Of a stretch of DNA of 64,000 bases, positions 17,258 through 25,674 are shown piece after piece. The position numbers and the translations under genes are program-made. Numbering within the stretch: position 1 is the stretch's first letter; each line of letters opens with the position of its first letter. Below the pieces are notes generated by a model, which saw only the letters and a list, made by a program, of their open reading frames with translations, did no database searches and was not told the origin of the DNA. Source of the DNA: Candidatus Fervidifonticultor primus (GTDB lineage: Bacteria > Sysuimicrobiota > Sysuimicrobiia > Sysuimicrobiales > Humicultoraceae); assembly GCA_031459855.1 (NCBI GenBank), contig JAVKHP010000001.1, positions 1,825,842 to 1,889,841 on the forward strand. The letters run 5' to 3'.

Positions 17258-19108
17258 CTACGCCGGGAGCGGACGTGCCGCCCGCAGCCCGTTGGCCACG
17301 GCCAGCAACTCGCTGACCTCGTGGACCACGATGGCCGCGACCACCGTGATGGCGCCCAGGAGCGCTGCGGGGATCAGCACGCTGAGGACCAGCAGCGAGA
17401 AGACGAGGTTCTGCAGGCTGATGGCCCGCACGACCCGCCCCAGGCGGATCGCTTCGGCCACTTTCACGAGATCGTCGGCCATGAGCGCGACGTCGGCCGC
17501 TTCGATGGCGGCGTCGGTGCCCGCAGCACCCATGGCGATGCCCACGGTGGCCGCGGCCAGGGCCGGCGCGTCGTTGATGCCGTCGCCGACCATCGCCACA
17601 GGGCCCAGGGCTTCCTCGAGCTGGCGGATGTGGGTGACCTTGTCCTCGGGCGAGAGCGAGGCGTACACGCGGTCGATGCCCAGGTCCCTGGCGACGGCGT
17701 CGGCGGTGCGCGCGTGGTCGCCGGTGAGCATGACGACGGTCACCCCGAGCCGGTGCAACGCGGCGATGGCGGCGGCTGCGTCCGCCCGCGGCCGGTCGTG
17801 CAGGGCCAGCAGCCCCAGCGCCACGCCGTCGGCCGCCACGGCCACGACGGTCTTGCCCTGGGCCTGCAGCGCAGCGGCCGCGTCCACCAGCGGGCCGAGC
17901 GCCACGCCCTCCTGCTCCAGCGCGGCGGGAGTGCCCACCACCGCCACCCGTCCGTCGACCCTGGCGCGCGCGCCCAGCCCGGCCAGCGCCGTGAACTCGG
18001 CCGCCGCTGCCAGCGCCACGCCTTCCTCACCGGCACGGCGAACGATCGCCTTCCCCAGCGGATGCTCGGAGCGCTGCTCGACGCTGGCCGCCAGGGCCAG
18101 GACGTCGTCTCGCGCGACGCCGGGCGCGGGGATGACGTCGGTGAGCTGCGGGCGACCCTCGGTGAGGGTGCCGGTCTTGTCGAACGCCACCGCGCGGATA
18201 CGCCCGAGGTTCTCGAGGTGGACGCCGCCTTTCACGAGGATCCCGTGCCGTCCCGCGCTCCCGATCCCTGCGGCCACGGCCACGGGAGTGGACATGACCA
18301 GCGCGCAGGGCGCCGCCGCCACCAGCAGGACCACGGCGCGCAGCACCCACGGCCCTGCTGGTTGCCCGACCAGCGGCGGCACGACGGCGAGCAGCACCGC
18401 GGCCGCCAGGACCCCGGGCGAGTAGCGCCGCCCGAACCGCTCGATGACCCGTTGCAGCCGGCCCTTGCGCTCCTGCGCCTCTTCGACCAGGTGGACGATG
18501 CGGGCCAGGGTGTTGTCCTCGAAGGTGGCGGTCGCTTCGACCACCAGCGCCCCGTGCCGGTTGATCGAGCCGGCGAAGACGCGGTCGCCCGGCCCCTTGT
18601 CCACGGGCGTGGACTCGCCCGTGACGGGCGACTCGTCCAGCGCCGAGGTGCCATCGCGGATGATGCCGTCGGTGGCCACCACCTGCCCCGGCCGGACGAC
18701 GAAGCGGTCGCCGCGCCGCAGCTGCGTCGCCGGCACCGTCTCCTCGCGCCCGTCGCGCAGGACGCACACGTCCTGCGGCGCCAGCGCCAGCAGCGAGCGG
18801 ATCGCCGACCGGGTGCGGGCGTAGGCGTACTCCTCCAGTGCCTCGGCGGTCGCGTAGAGGAAGACGAGGAGCGCGGCTTCGTCCCACAGCCCCAGCCCCG
18901 CTGCCCCGGCCGCCGCGGTGGCCATGAGCACCTCGATGCCGACCGCGCGCTCGTGCCGGAGCGCGTGCAGCCCTTCGCGCAGGAAGTGGTTGCCGCCCAG
19001 GGCCATGGCCAGCAGGTAGCCGACCGGCTCCAGACGGTGCAGCCCGGCGAGGTGTCCTAGGCTCCAGGTGACGGCGATGATCGCGCCGGCCAGGAGCGCG
19101 TCCCGCAT
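17258..19108 (-). CDS. Heavy-metal translocating P-type ATPase, P1B-4-like (no N-terminal HMA domain; APC motif in TM4; HEVSE in last TM)
   Basis: DKTGTLTEG, MLTGD, GDGINDAPAL, TGES motifs; AAPCALVMSTP. 616 aa starting at MRDALLAG.. (ATG at 19108). The upstream 288 in-frame residues are low-complexity. Confidence 0.8.
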   Translation of the reverse strand: MRDALLAGAIIAVTWSLGHLAGLHRLEPVGYLLAMALGGNHFLREGLHALRHERAVGIEVLMATAAAGAAGLGLWDEAALLVFLYATAEALEEYAYARTRSAIRSLLALAPQDVCVLRDGREETVPATQLRRGDRFVVRPGQVVATDGIIRDGTSALDESPVTGESTPVDKGPGDRVFAGSINRHGALVVEATATFEDNTLARIVHLVEEAQERKGRLQRVIERFGRRYSPGVLAAAVLLAVVPPLVGQPAGPWVLRAVVLLVAAAPCALVMSTPVAVAAGIGSAGRHGILVKGGVHLENLGRIRAVAFDKTGTLTEGRPQLTDVIPAPGVARDDVLALAASVEQRSEHPLGKAIVRRAGEEGVALAAAAEFTALAGLGARARVDGRVAVVGTPAALEQEGVALGPLVDAAAALQAQGKTVVAVAADGVALGLLALHDRPRADAAAAIAALHRLGVTVVMLTGDHARTADAVARDLGIDRVYASLSPEDKVTHIRQLEEALGPVAMVGDGINDAPALAAATVGIAMGAAGTDAAIEAADVALMADDLVKVAEAIRLGRVVRAISLQNLVFSLLVLSVLIPAALLGAITVVAAIVVHEVSELLAVANGLRAARPLPA

Positions 19109-19371
19109 GACGGGAAAGCGCCACCACGGGCCCGCGAACTCGCGGTGCGGTCCATGGGGATCGACCGGAGAGGGCGGCACGAGCGTCCGATTAGGGGCGC
19201 AAGGCGCGCCCTCCTGCCGCGGTGACGACGTGTCGCTCGGATGAGCGGGCTGCGGGAGCAGCTGTGACGCGTGGCCGGCGGTTTGCGGCGCCCCGGCAAG
19301 CCGCACGCAGGTGGCTTGTGAATGGCCGGCCCGCCCACCATGCCCGCGAGGCCTGGGGCCTCTGGGGCCGG

Positions 19372-19926
19372 CTAGCCGAGCATCTCGTCGACGGTAAGCA
19401 CGACCTCCGGGAACGCGAGCGGTGACAACTGCTGGCCCCGCGCGAAGGCTTGCGCGTTGCGATACCCGGCCGGCGCCGGCTCCCGGTACACCTCGACGGC
19501 CTGTCCTTCCAGGTCCACCAGCCAGACCTCCAGGATCCCGGCCCGTGCATACAGTGGAACCTTCACCTGCCGGTCGTATGCAGCCGAGGTGTCGGCCACC
19601 TCCACCAGCAAGAAGACATCCCGAGGGCCGGGCAGGTCCGGCGCGTAGGGCCGAGGGTGCAGCAGCGCCAGGTCGGGCTGCGGCTCGGAGTACCTGTCCA
19701 AGCGGATCGGGTTCTGCACGCTCACGTCCGCCCGCGCTCCCACCCTGGTCACCAACAGACGGGTAAGCCGGTTCACGCAGTCGAGATGGGAACCCCTTAT
19801 GGCGGTCATGTCGACGATCTCGCCCTCGATCAGCTCTACGCGATCGTCCTCCGAGAGGATGCCCGCCTCGGCCATGCGGTGGTACTCGTCCACCGTGAAG
19901 CGGCGCCTTGCCCGTTGCACAGACAT
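19372..19926 (-). CDS. Uma2 family endonuclease (DUF820, putative restriction endonuclease-like)
   Basis: ..FTVDEYHRMAEAGIL..DDRVELIEGEIVDM.....PDLALL...E.P.VVLVEV..S....D...K...YA.AGI.EYWLVDL. is the Uma2 family pattern. Confidence 0.75.
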   Translation of the reverse strand: MSVQRARRRFTVDEYHRMAEAGILSEDDRVELIEGEIVDMTAIRGSHLDCVNRLTRLLVTRVGARADVSVQNPIRLDRYSEPQPDLALLHPRPYAPDLPGPRDVFLLVEVADTSAAYDRQVKVPLYARAGILEVWLVDLEGQAVEVYREPAPAGYRNAQAFARGQQLSPLAFPEVVLTVDEMLG

Positions 19927-20001
19927 CGACGACCTCCCGGTCCAACTGATCTATCGGCCGGCTAGCGCACACCTTTCTCCCCCGGTGCGCCGGTTCCTCG
20001 C

Positions 20002-20089
20002 TCTCAGATCCCTGTGGGGGGGGGCGGGCGTGGGCACCTCGTCCACCCGCACCCGCCGTTCCCGTACCTCAGATCCCTGTGAGGGCGGT
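20002..20089. repeat. Two ~33-bp direct repeats (..CTCAGATCCCTGTGrGGG..GTGGGC) with 55-bp period, followed by an isolated T6 run (~20141)
   Basis: tcagatccctgtg occurs twice with extended similarity. T-run gcggttttttgcgg is unusual in this GC context. Seen directly. Confidence 0.5.
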
Positions 20090-20160
20090 TGTGGGCCCGC
20101 AACCAGGGCCGCCCTCTCGCAGCGCCCGGTGACCTCTTGCGGTTTTTTGCGGTAACGCCT

Positions 20161-22236
20161 CTAGCGCCCGCCCCACAGCAGCCGGTAGATGCCATACGAC
20201 CCCAGCACCCGGCGCACGTACGCGCGCGTCTCGGCGAAGTCGATCTTCTCCACGAGGTAGTCGGGGTCGGGGTCCAATCCGGCAAAGCGGCGGGCGTTCC
20301 CGGGCCCGGCGTTGTAGGCGGCCAGGGCCAGGCGCAGGTCGCCGTGGAACCGGTCGAGCTGCATGCGCAGGTACCGTGCGCCCAGGGTCAGGTTCAGCGC
20401 GGGGTCCGTGAGGCGGGCCACGTCGATGGTGGGATCGCCCGCCAGGGTCCGCGCGGTCGAGGGGAGCAGCTGCGCGAGGCCCACGGCGCGGGCGGGCGAC
20501 ACGGCCACGGGATCGTAGCGGCTCTCCTCACGCACCAGGGCCAGCAGCAGGAGCGGATCGATCTGGGCGGCGGTGGCTGCGGCGGTCACCTCCTGCCAGA
20601 ACGCGCGGGGGTAGGCCAGCCGCCAGACCGCCTCGTCGCGCATGCCCTCGGCCAGCAACGCTTCCGCCACGTCCACCGAGCGGCGCACGTCGCCCAGACG
20701 CGCGTACACCGTGGCGAGTAAGCGCATCACTCGCAGATCGCGGCGGACCTCCAGCGCGTCTTCGGCGGCCTCGGCGGCGTCCGCGTCGAAGCCCAGCCGG
20801 GCGAGTTCTTCGAACGCGGGCGCGGGGGCGTCGGGCGGGGCGTGTGGCAGCGTCGGGGGCAACACGGGCGCGGGGTATCCCAGGCGCTCGCGAGCCCGCT
20901 GGCCGTAGTAGGTCAGCGGGTAGCGCTCCGCCGCCACGCGCAGAAGCGGGGTGGCGTCGCCGCCGCCCGCTTCGGCGGCTTTGGCGGCCCAGTACCAGGC
21001 GCGTGCGGCCTCCCCGCGGGACGGCGCTGCGGCGGCGGCCGCGCGGAACCGCGCGACGGCATCGGGCACGCGCCCCGCGCGCAGCGCGAGCCATCCCAGG
21101 CGCCAGCGGGCCTCGGCAGCCTCGTGCGCATCGGGCCGTGCGGCTGCCGCGCGGCGGTAGGCGGCCGCAGCGTCGGCCGTGCGGCCCTGCGCCTCCGCGC
21201 GCAGTCCCATCCCCAGCCACGCCAGCGCGGCGAACCGGCTGTGGGGCGCCGTAAGGAACAGCGTGGCAGTGGCGTCGCGCGCGGCGCGCGCGTCGCCTGC
21301 CCGCCGGGCCGCCACCGCCATCCAGTAGTACGCGCCTGGTCGATTCCAGCCCAACCGTGCTGCCCGGGCAAACGCGTCGTGGGCATCGCGTGCACCGCGC
21401 CACAGCCGCACCTCGCCCAGGCGGTACCATGCCTCGCCCGCCACGTCGGCACGCGCCGCGCGCGTGGCTGCCAGGAACTCACCCGCAGCCGCATCCCACT
21501 CCCCCTGCTGCAGCAGCAGCCGCCCGCGGTCGAGCCGCGCGTCCAGCGGGACGTCACCAGGTGCGAGCGGCCGGCCCGTCGCCTGCACAAAGACGTCGTT
21601 GGCGCGCCGTGCGGCCGCATGCGCGGGATCCATCCACGCCGCCCTGGCCAGCGCGCGCCGGGCGAGGTCGCCGCGCCCGGCCGCGACCGCCACCTCTCCC
21701 AGCGCCAGCCACCACTGCGGCGCCTGGGGATACAGCCGGACGGCCTCGTCGAGCAGGCCCAACGCATCGTCCGTCCGCCCGGCCGCCGCGCGCGCGGCTG
21801 CGGCGGCGGCCAGCGCCCGGGCGCGCACGCGACGGGCAGCGGGAGGCACCGCGCGCACCGCTGCGTCGCCGGCGGCGATGGCGTCTGCGACCCGTCCCGC
21901 CCGCGCAAGCGCCAGCGCCTCACGCACGCGCGCGTGCGCGGTCAGCGTGGGGTGCGCGGCCGCCTCACGGTAGGCGGCCGCCGCCTCGCCGTGTCGTTCG
22001 AAGCGCTCCAGGCACCAGCCCAGCAAGTAGGCCGCCCGCCGGGCCTGCATCCCGTTCCCTGTGGCCAGAGTCTGGAGGCTCATGAGGTGCTGGGGACAAG
22101 CGCCCGCGTCCGTGTGGACGCTGCGCGCCAGGGCATCGAGGTCGGAGACGGCCGCCGGCAGGACCGCCGGCGGCACGAAGAGGTGCGCTGCCACCAGCAC
22201 GGTGGCCGTGGCCACAGCCACACGTCTCGTCGTCAC
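20161..22236 (-). CDS. Lytic transglycosylase (Slt-type: N-terminal TPR-like superhelical domain + C-terminal SLT catalytic domain), secreted
   Basis: Signal peptide MTTRRVAVATATVLVAAHLF; Ala-rich repeats; C-terminal ..VREESRYDPVAVSPARAVGLAQLLPSTA..YNAGPGN.. is the SLT domain with catalytic Glu. Confidence 0.8.
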   Translation of the reverse strand: MTTRRVAVATATVLVAAHLFVPPAVLPAAVSDLDALARSVHTDAGACPQHLMSLQTLATGNGMQARRAAYLLGWCLERFERHGEAAAAYREAAAHPTLTAHARVREALALARAGRVADAIAAGDAAVRAVPPAARRVRARALAAAAAARAAAGRTDDALGLLDEAVRLYPQAPQWWLALGEVAVAAGRGDLARRALARAAWMDPAHAAARRANDVFVQATGRPLAPGDVPLDARLDRGRLLLQQGEWDAAAGEFLAATRAARADVAGEAWYRLGEVRLWRGARDAHDAFARAARLGWNRPGAYYWMAVAARRAGDARAARDATATLFLTAPHSRFAALAWLGMGLRAEAQGRTADAAAAYRRAAAARPDAHEAAEARWRLGWLALRAGRVPDAVARFRAAAAAAPSRGEAARAWYWAAKAAEAGGGDATPLLRVAAERYPLTYYGQRARERLGYPAPVLPPTLPHAPPDAPAPAFEELARLGFDADAAEAAEDALEVRRDLRVMRLLATVYARLGDVRRSVDVAEALLAEGMRDEAVWRLAYPRAFWQEVTAAATAAQIDPLLLLALVREESRYDPVAVSPARAVGLAQLLPSTARTLAGDPTIDVARLTDPALNLTLGARYLRMQLDRFHGDLRLALAAYNAGPGNARRFAGLDPDPDYLVEKIDFAETRAYVRRVLGSYGIYRLLWGGR

Positions 22237-22451
22237 GGGCGCGGTGTCGCTGCTCGGTACCGCGAGGCTCGCGCGGCGACCAGCACCACAGCCGCACGCC
22301 GCAACGGTATGGAGTCCTCGCCGCTCCCCTGGGACAGCAGGTGAGGGGGATGGACGACCACCGCCGCGCGCCTCCGCGTCATGGAGTCGTTGGGGCTTCC
22401 GACCACCACGTCGGTGAGGTGGCGGTCAGCGCCGTGCGCAAATTGTCGTCG

Positions 22452-23360
22452 TCATGCGAGGCGCGGCTTCGTCGCGCGGACCGTGACGCTGGCCAGCCCG
22501 GCAGCCCGGTAGGGGCGACGCGACACGACCCGGACCTCGGTGAAGCCGGCCCGGCGCAGCGCCTCGAGGTAGTCGCCCTCGGGGATGGCGCCTGCCAGAC
22601 ACGCGGTCCACGCGTCAATGGTCTCCAGCTCCGGGGAGAGCGGGCCAGTGCGGACGATGTCCGCCACCACCAGCCGCCCGCCGGGCTTGAGCACGCGGCA
22701 GGCCTCGGCGAAGGCGCGCGCCTTGTCGGGCACCAGGTTGATCACGCAGTTGCTGATCACCACGTCGGCGGACCCATCGGGCAGCGGCAGGTGTTCGATC
22801 TCGCCCAGCCGGAACTCGGCGTTGCTCACCGCCAGGCGCGCCGCGTGCGCCCGCGCCCGCGCGATCATCTCGGGCGTCATGTCCACGCCGATGGCGCGGC
22901 CTGTAGGGCCCACGCGGCCCGCAGCCAGGAAGACGTCGAGGCCAGCACCGCTCCCCAGGTCGACCACGACCTCGCCCGGCCGGAGGTCGGCCGCCTCCAC
23001 CGGCGCGCCGCAGCCCAACGACTCCCGGGCCACCTCCGCCAGGGCAGCGCTGTGTTCCACCGCACCCGCGGGGCCCATTGGCGCAGCCAGCGCGGTCTCG
23101 CCACAGCTGCCATCGGTCGGTGCGTCGCAGCAGCCGCTCGCGTCGGCTGCGCGGTCCGAGCCAGCCGTCCGTGCTGGGCCGTCGTGCACCGCAGTAGCGT
23201 CGTCCCGCAGCCCCGCGGCCTCGCCGCGCGGGCCGGGGGCGCAGCATGCCCCGCCGCGTCCCACCAGCCGCGCGTAGCGCTCGCGCACCGCGAGCCGGAT
23301 CGCGTCGTCGGGCAGCCTCGGCCCGACTGCCGGTGTGTCCTGCCGCGGTCCCTGCGTCAT
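22452..23360 (-). CDS. arsM: Arsenite S-adenosylmethionine methyltransferase ArsM
   Basis: MTQGPRQ..RERYARLV..GGACCAPG..SGCCDAP..; SAM motif VVDLGSGAGLDVF; ..VISNCVINL..; C-terminal Cys in AWTACLAGAI. ATGA overlap with the upstream GNAT gene. Confidence 0.85.
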   Translation of the reverse strand: MTQGPRQDTPAVGPRLPDDAIRLAVRERYARLVGRGGACCAPGPRGEAAGLRDDATAVHDGPARTAGSDRAADASGCCDAPTDGSCGETALAAPMGPAGAVEHSAALAEVARESLGCGAPVEAADLRPGEVVVDLGSGAGLDVFLAAGRVGPTGRAIGVDMTPEMIARARAHAARLAVSNAEFRLGEIEHLPLPDGSADVVISNCVINLVPDKARAFAEACRVLKPGGRLVVADIVRTGPLSPELETIDAWTACLAGAIPEGDYLEALRRAGFTEVRVVSRRPYRAAGLASVTVRATKPRLA

Positions 23361-23872
23361 TTCCCCGTCACCTCCCCACCGGGCGATGTCTCGCCAAGTG
23401 GCCGCACCATCACGACCGACGATGCGCAGCACGCCAGGTGCCACTCCGCCGAGCGCTGCACCGACGGGCGCACCGCCTCGCGCGTCGTGGGCCGAAACCC
23501 CAGGCGCGCGAAGTAGCCGGCGGCGGTGGTCGTCAGCAGGTACACCTCGGCGTGTCCGCGGGCGCGGGCCCGAGCGAGGAGGGCGGCGACCAGCGCACGG
23601 CCCAGGCCGCGGCCGCGGTGCGTCGGGGCCACCGCCACGGAGCGCAGGAGGCCCGCGTCCCCATAGTCCTCCAGGCCCGCCGTCGCCACCAGCCGGCCGG
23701 CGTCGCGGACCACCAGGACGCCGTCGAGATGGTCGGCCACACCTTCGGCGGGCAGGCCGCTGGATGCGAGCAGCGCGCAGATCTCGTCGAGGTCTTGCGG
23801 GCCGGCCGCGGCCAGCGTCCACCGGGCCTCGCCGACGCCCTCGGGGGCAATGATCGACACATTTCGATCCAT
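23357..23872 (-). CDS. GNAT family N-acetyltransferase (ArsN-like by context)
   Basis: 171 aa; ..LRSVAVAPTHRGRGLGRALVAALLARARARG.. is GNAT motif A. Translationally coupled to arsM. Confidence 0.7.
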   Translation of the reverse strand: MDRNVSIIAPEGVGEARWTLAAAGPQDLDEICALLASSGLPAEGVADHLDGVLVVRDAGRLVATAGLEDYGDAGLLRSVAVAPTHRGRGLGRALVAALLARARARGHAEVYLLTTTAAGYFARLGFRPTTREAVRPSVQRSAEWHLACCASSVVMVRPLGETSPGGEVTGK

Positions 23873-24036
23873 GGGTGTTGGCACGGGCATCCCTCCCAGC
23901 GGGCGTCCACGGTCCCAGCTGCCCGGCGGTTCGTCCTCCTGACCGATATCCACGGCGTCGCGGGCGTCCGGCGCGGACGTCCGAGGATCGTTCCTCACCC
24001 CGGGTCCGCGGTGCCCCGGCAGACGAGGCTGGCCCC

Positions 24037-24384
24037 TCACAACAGGCGCACCAGGTCCTGCGCGACGCGCTTGAGCGCGTCGCGCCGCAGCCCGTAGAAC
24101 GCCCAGTGGCCGCGCCGCTCCACATCGACCAGCCCCGCTTCGCGCAGCACCCGCAGGTGGTGCGAGATCGTGGGCTGTCCCAGCGGAAACGCTTCCACGA
24201 TGTCGCAGACACACAGCCTGTCGTGCCCCGCCAGCAGCTCCACGATGCCCAGGCGCACGGGATCGCCCAGCGCGGTCAGGACCGCGGCGCGGGCCTCCAG
24301 CGCGTCATGGTCGAGCGCCCCGGCGTGGGAGCGGCGGCCGCACGCGCAGCGCGGTCGGGCGGTAAGCGTCGTGGCCGGCGTCAT
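24037..24384 (-). CDS. arsR: ArsR/SmtB family metalloregulatory transcriptional repressor
   Basis: ..LGDPVRLGIVELLAGHDRLCVCDIVEAFPLGQPTISHHLRVLREAGLV.. is a winged HTH with an ELCVCD-like metal-binding motif. Confidence 0.85.
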   Translation of the reverse strand: MTPATTLTARPRCACGRRSHAGALDHDALEARAAVLTALGDPVRLGIVELLAGHDRLCVCDIVEAFPLGQPTISHHLRVLREAGLVDVERRGHWAFYGLRRDALKRVAQDLVRLL

Positions 24385-24438
24385 GAGCCCAGGGTAGGCG
24401 ATCTATCGAATATTGTCAATACATGGCAGGCACGCCCC
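24385..24438 (-). promoter_or_regulatory. Candidate arsR promoter with operator: 11-bp palindrome TATTGTCAATA containing a perfect TTGACA -35 (minus strand), TACCCT -10 17 bp downstream, ~6 nt to ATG
   Basis: Seen directly at ~24411..24421 in the 54-bp glgC-arsR gap. The architecture matches classic ArsR autoregulation. Confidence 0.45.
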
Positions 24439-25674
24439 TCATCCCTGCCCCCGGGTCGCGCCGCGGGGCAGGACGACCAGCCCGGAGGCGTCCACGAAGT
24501 AGCGCTGGGCGTCCCGGCGCGGATCGAGCCCGATGACCTCGCCCGCGGCGATGGTGTTGTAGCGGTCGACGATCACCCGCCGCAGGTGCGCGCCGGCGCC
24601 GACGCGCGTGTGGTCCATGACGATCGCCTCGTCGAGCACCGCGCCCGGCTCGATGCGCACGCCCCGGCCCACGATCGACCGCCGCACGGTGGCGTGCTCG
24701 ATGCGGGCGCCCTCGCCGATCAGGGAGTCCACGATCTCCCCACCGATCACGTGGGCGGCGGGTCCGGCGTAGGCGGCGGTCAGGATGGGCCAGGCGGGGT
24801 TGTCCAGGTCGAAGACGGGCGATGCGCCCAGCAGGTCCATGTGGGCCTGCCAGTAGGCGGCCAGGGTGCCCACGTCGCGCCAGTAGCCGCGCTCCTCGTA
24901 GGGCTTGGTGCCCGGCACCTGGTTCGTGAGGAAGTCGTAGGCGAAGACCCGCGCCCGCGGGTACAGCTCGGGGATGATGGTCCGGCCGAAGTCGTGGTCG
25001 GTGCTGCGGCGGGCGTCCTCCACCAGCGCCTCCACCAGCAGGTGCCGGTCGAAGATGTAGTTGCCCATGGACGAGAGGGCCATCGCCGGGTTCCCCGGCA
25101 TCGGCGCCGGCTGCGCCGGCTTCTCCTCGAACCCGATGATGCGGCCGTCGGCGTCGGTCTCGATGATGCCGAACTGCGAGGCCTGGGCGATGGGCACGGG
25201 CAGCGCGGCCACGGTGACCTGGGCGTCGCGCTCCAGGTGGGCCAGGAGCATCTGGTTGATGTCCATGCGGTAGATGTGGTCGGCGCCGAAGATCACCACG
25301 ATGTCGGGGTTGAAGTCCTGCAGCAGGTTCAGGTTCTGGTAGACGGCGTCGGCGGTCCCCCGGTACCACTGCTCGCCCCAGCGCATCTGCGGCGGCACGG
25401 CGATCACGAAGTGATCGGGCAGCCCGCCGAACCGCCAGCCGATCCGCAGGTGCTCGATGAGGGACTGGGACTTGTACTGCACCAGCGCGTAGACGGCGTG
25501 GATGCCCGAGTTCACGAAGTTCGACAGCACGAAGTCGATGATCCGGTACTTGCCGCCGAACGGGACCGCCGGCTTGCTGCGTTCGGCGGTCAGCGGGTGC
25601 AGGCGCTCGCCGCGGCCGCCGGCCAGGATCACGCCCAGCAGCCGCAGGCGCGAGATCCGCGGGCGCCGGATCAC
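24439..25674 (-). CDS. glgC: Glucose-1-phosphate adenylyltransferase
   Basis: VIRRPRISRLRLLGVILAGGRGERLHPLTAERSKPAVPFGGKYRIIDFVLSNFVNSG is the canonical GlgC N-terminus. GTG start overlapping the stop of the upstream GH57 gene. Confidence 0.9.
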   Translation of the reverse strand: MIRRPRISRLRLLGVILAGGRGERLHPLTAERSKPAVPFGGKYRIIDFVLSNFVNSGIHAVYALVQYKSQSLIEHLRIGWRFGGLPDHFVIAVPPQMRWGEQWYRGTADAVYQNLNLLQDFNPDIVVIFGADHIYRMDINQMLLAHLERDAQVTVAALPVPIAQASQFGIIETDADGRIIGFEEKPAQPAPMPGNPAMALSSMGNYIFDRHLLVEALVEDARRSTDHDFGRTIIPELYPRARVFAYDFLTNQVPGTKPYEERGYWRDVGTLAAYWQAHMDLLGASPVFDLDNPAWPILTAAYAGPAAHVIGGEIVDSLIGEGARIEHATVRRSIVGRGVRIEPGAVLDEAIVMDHTRVGAGAHLRRVIVDRYNTIAAGEVIGLDPRRDAQRYFVDASGLVVLPRGATRGQG

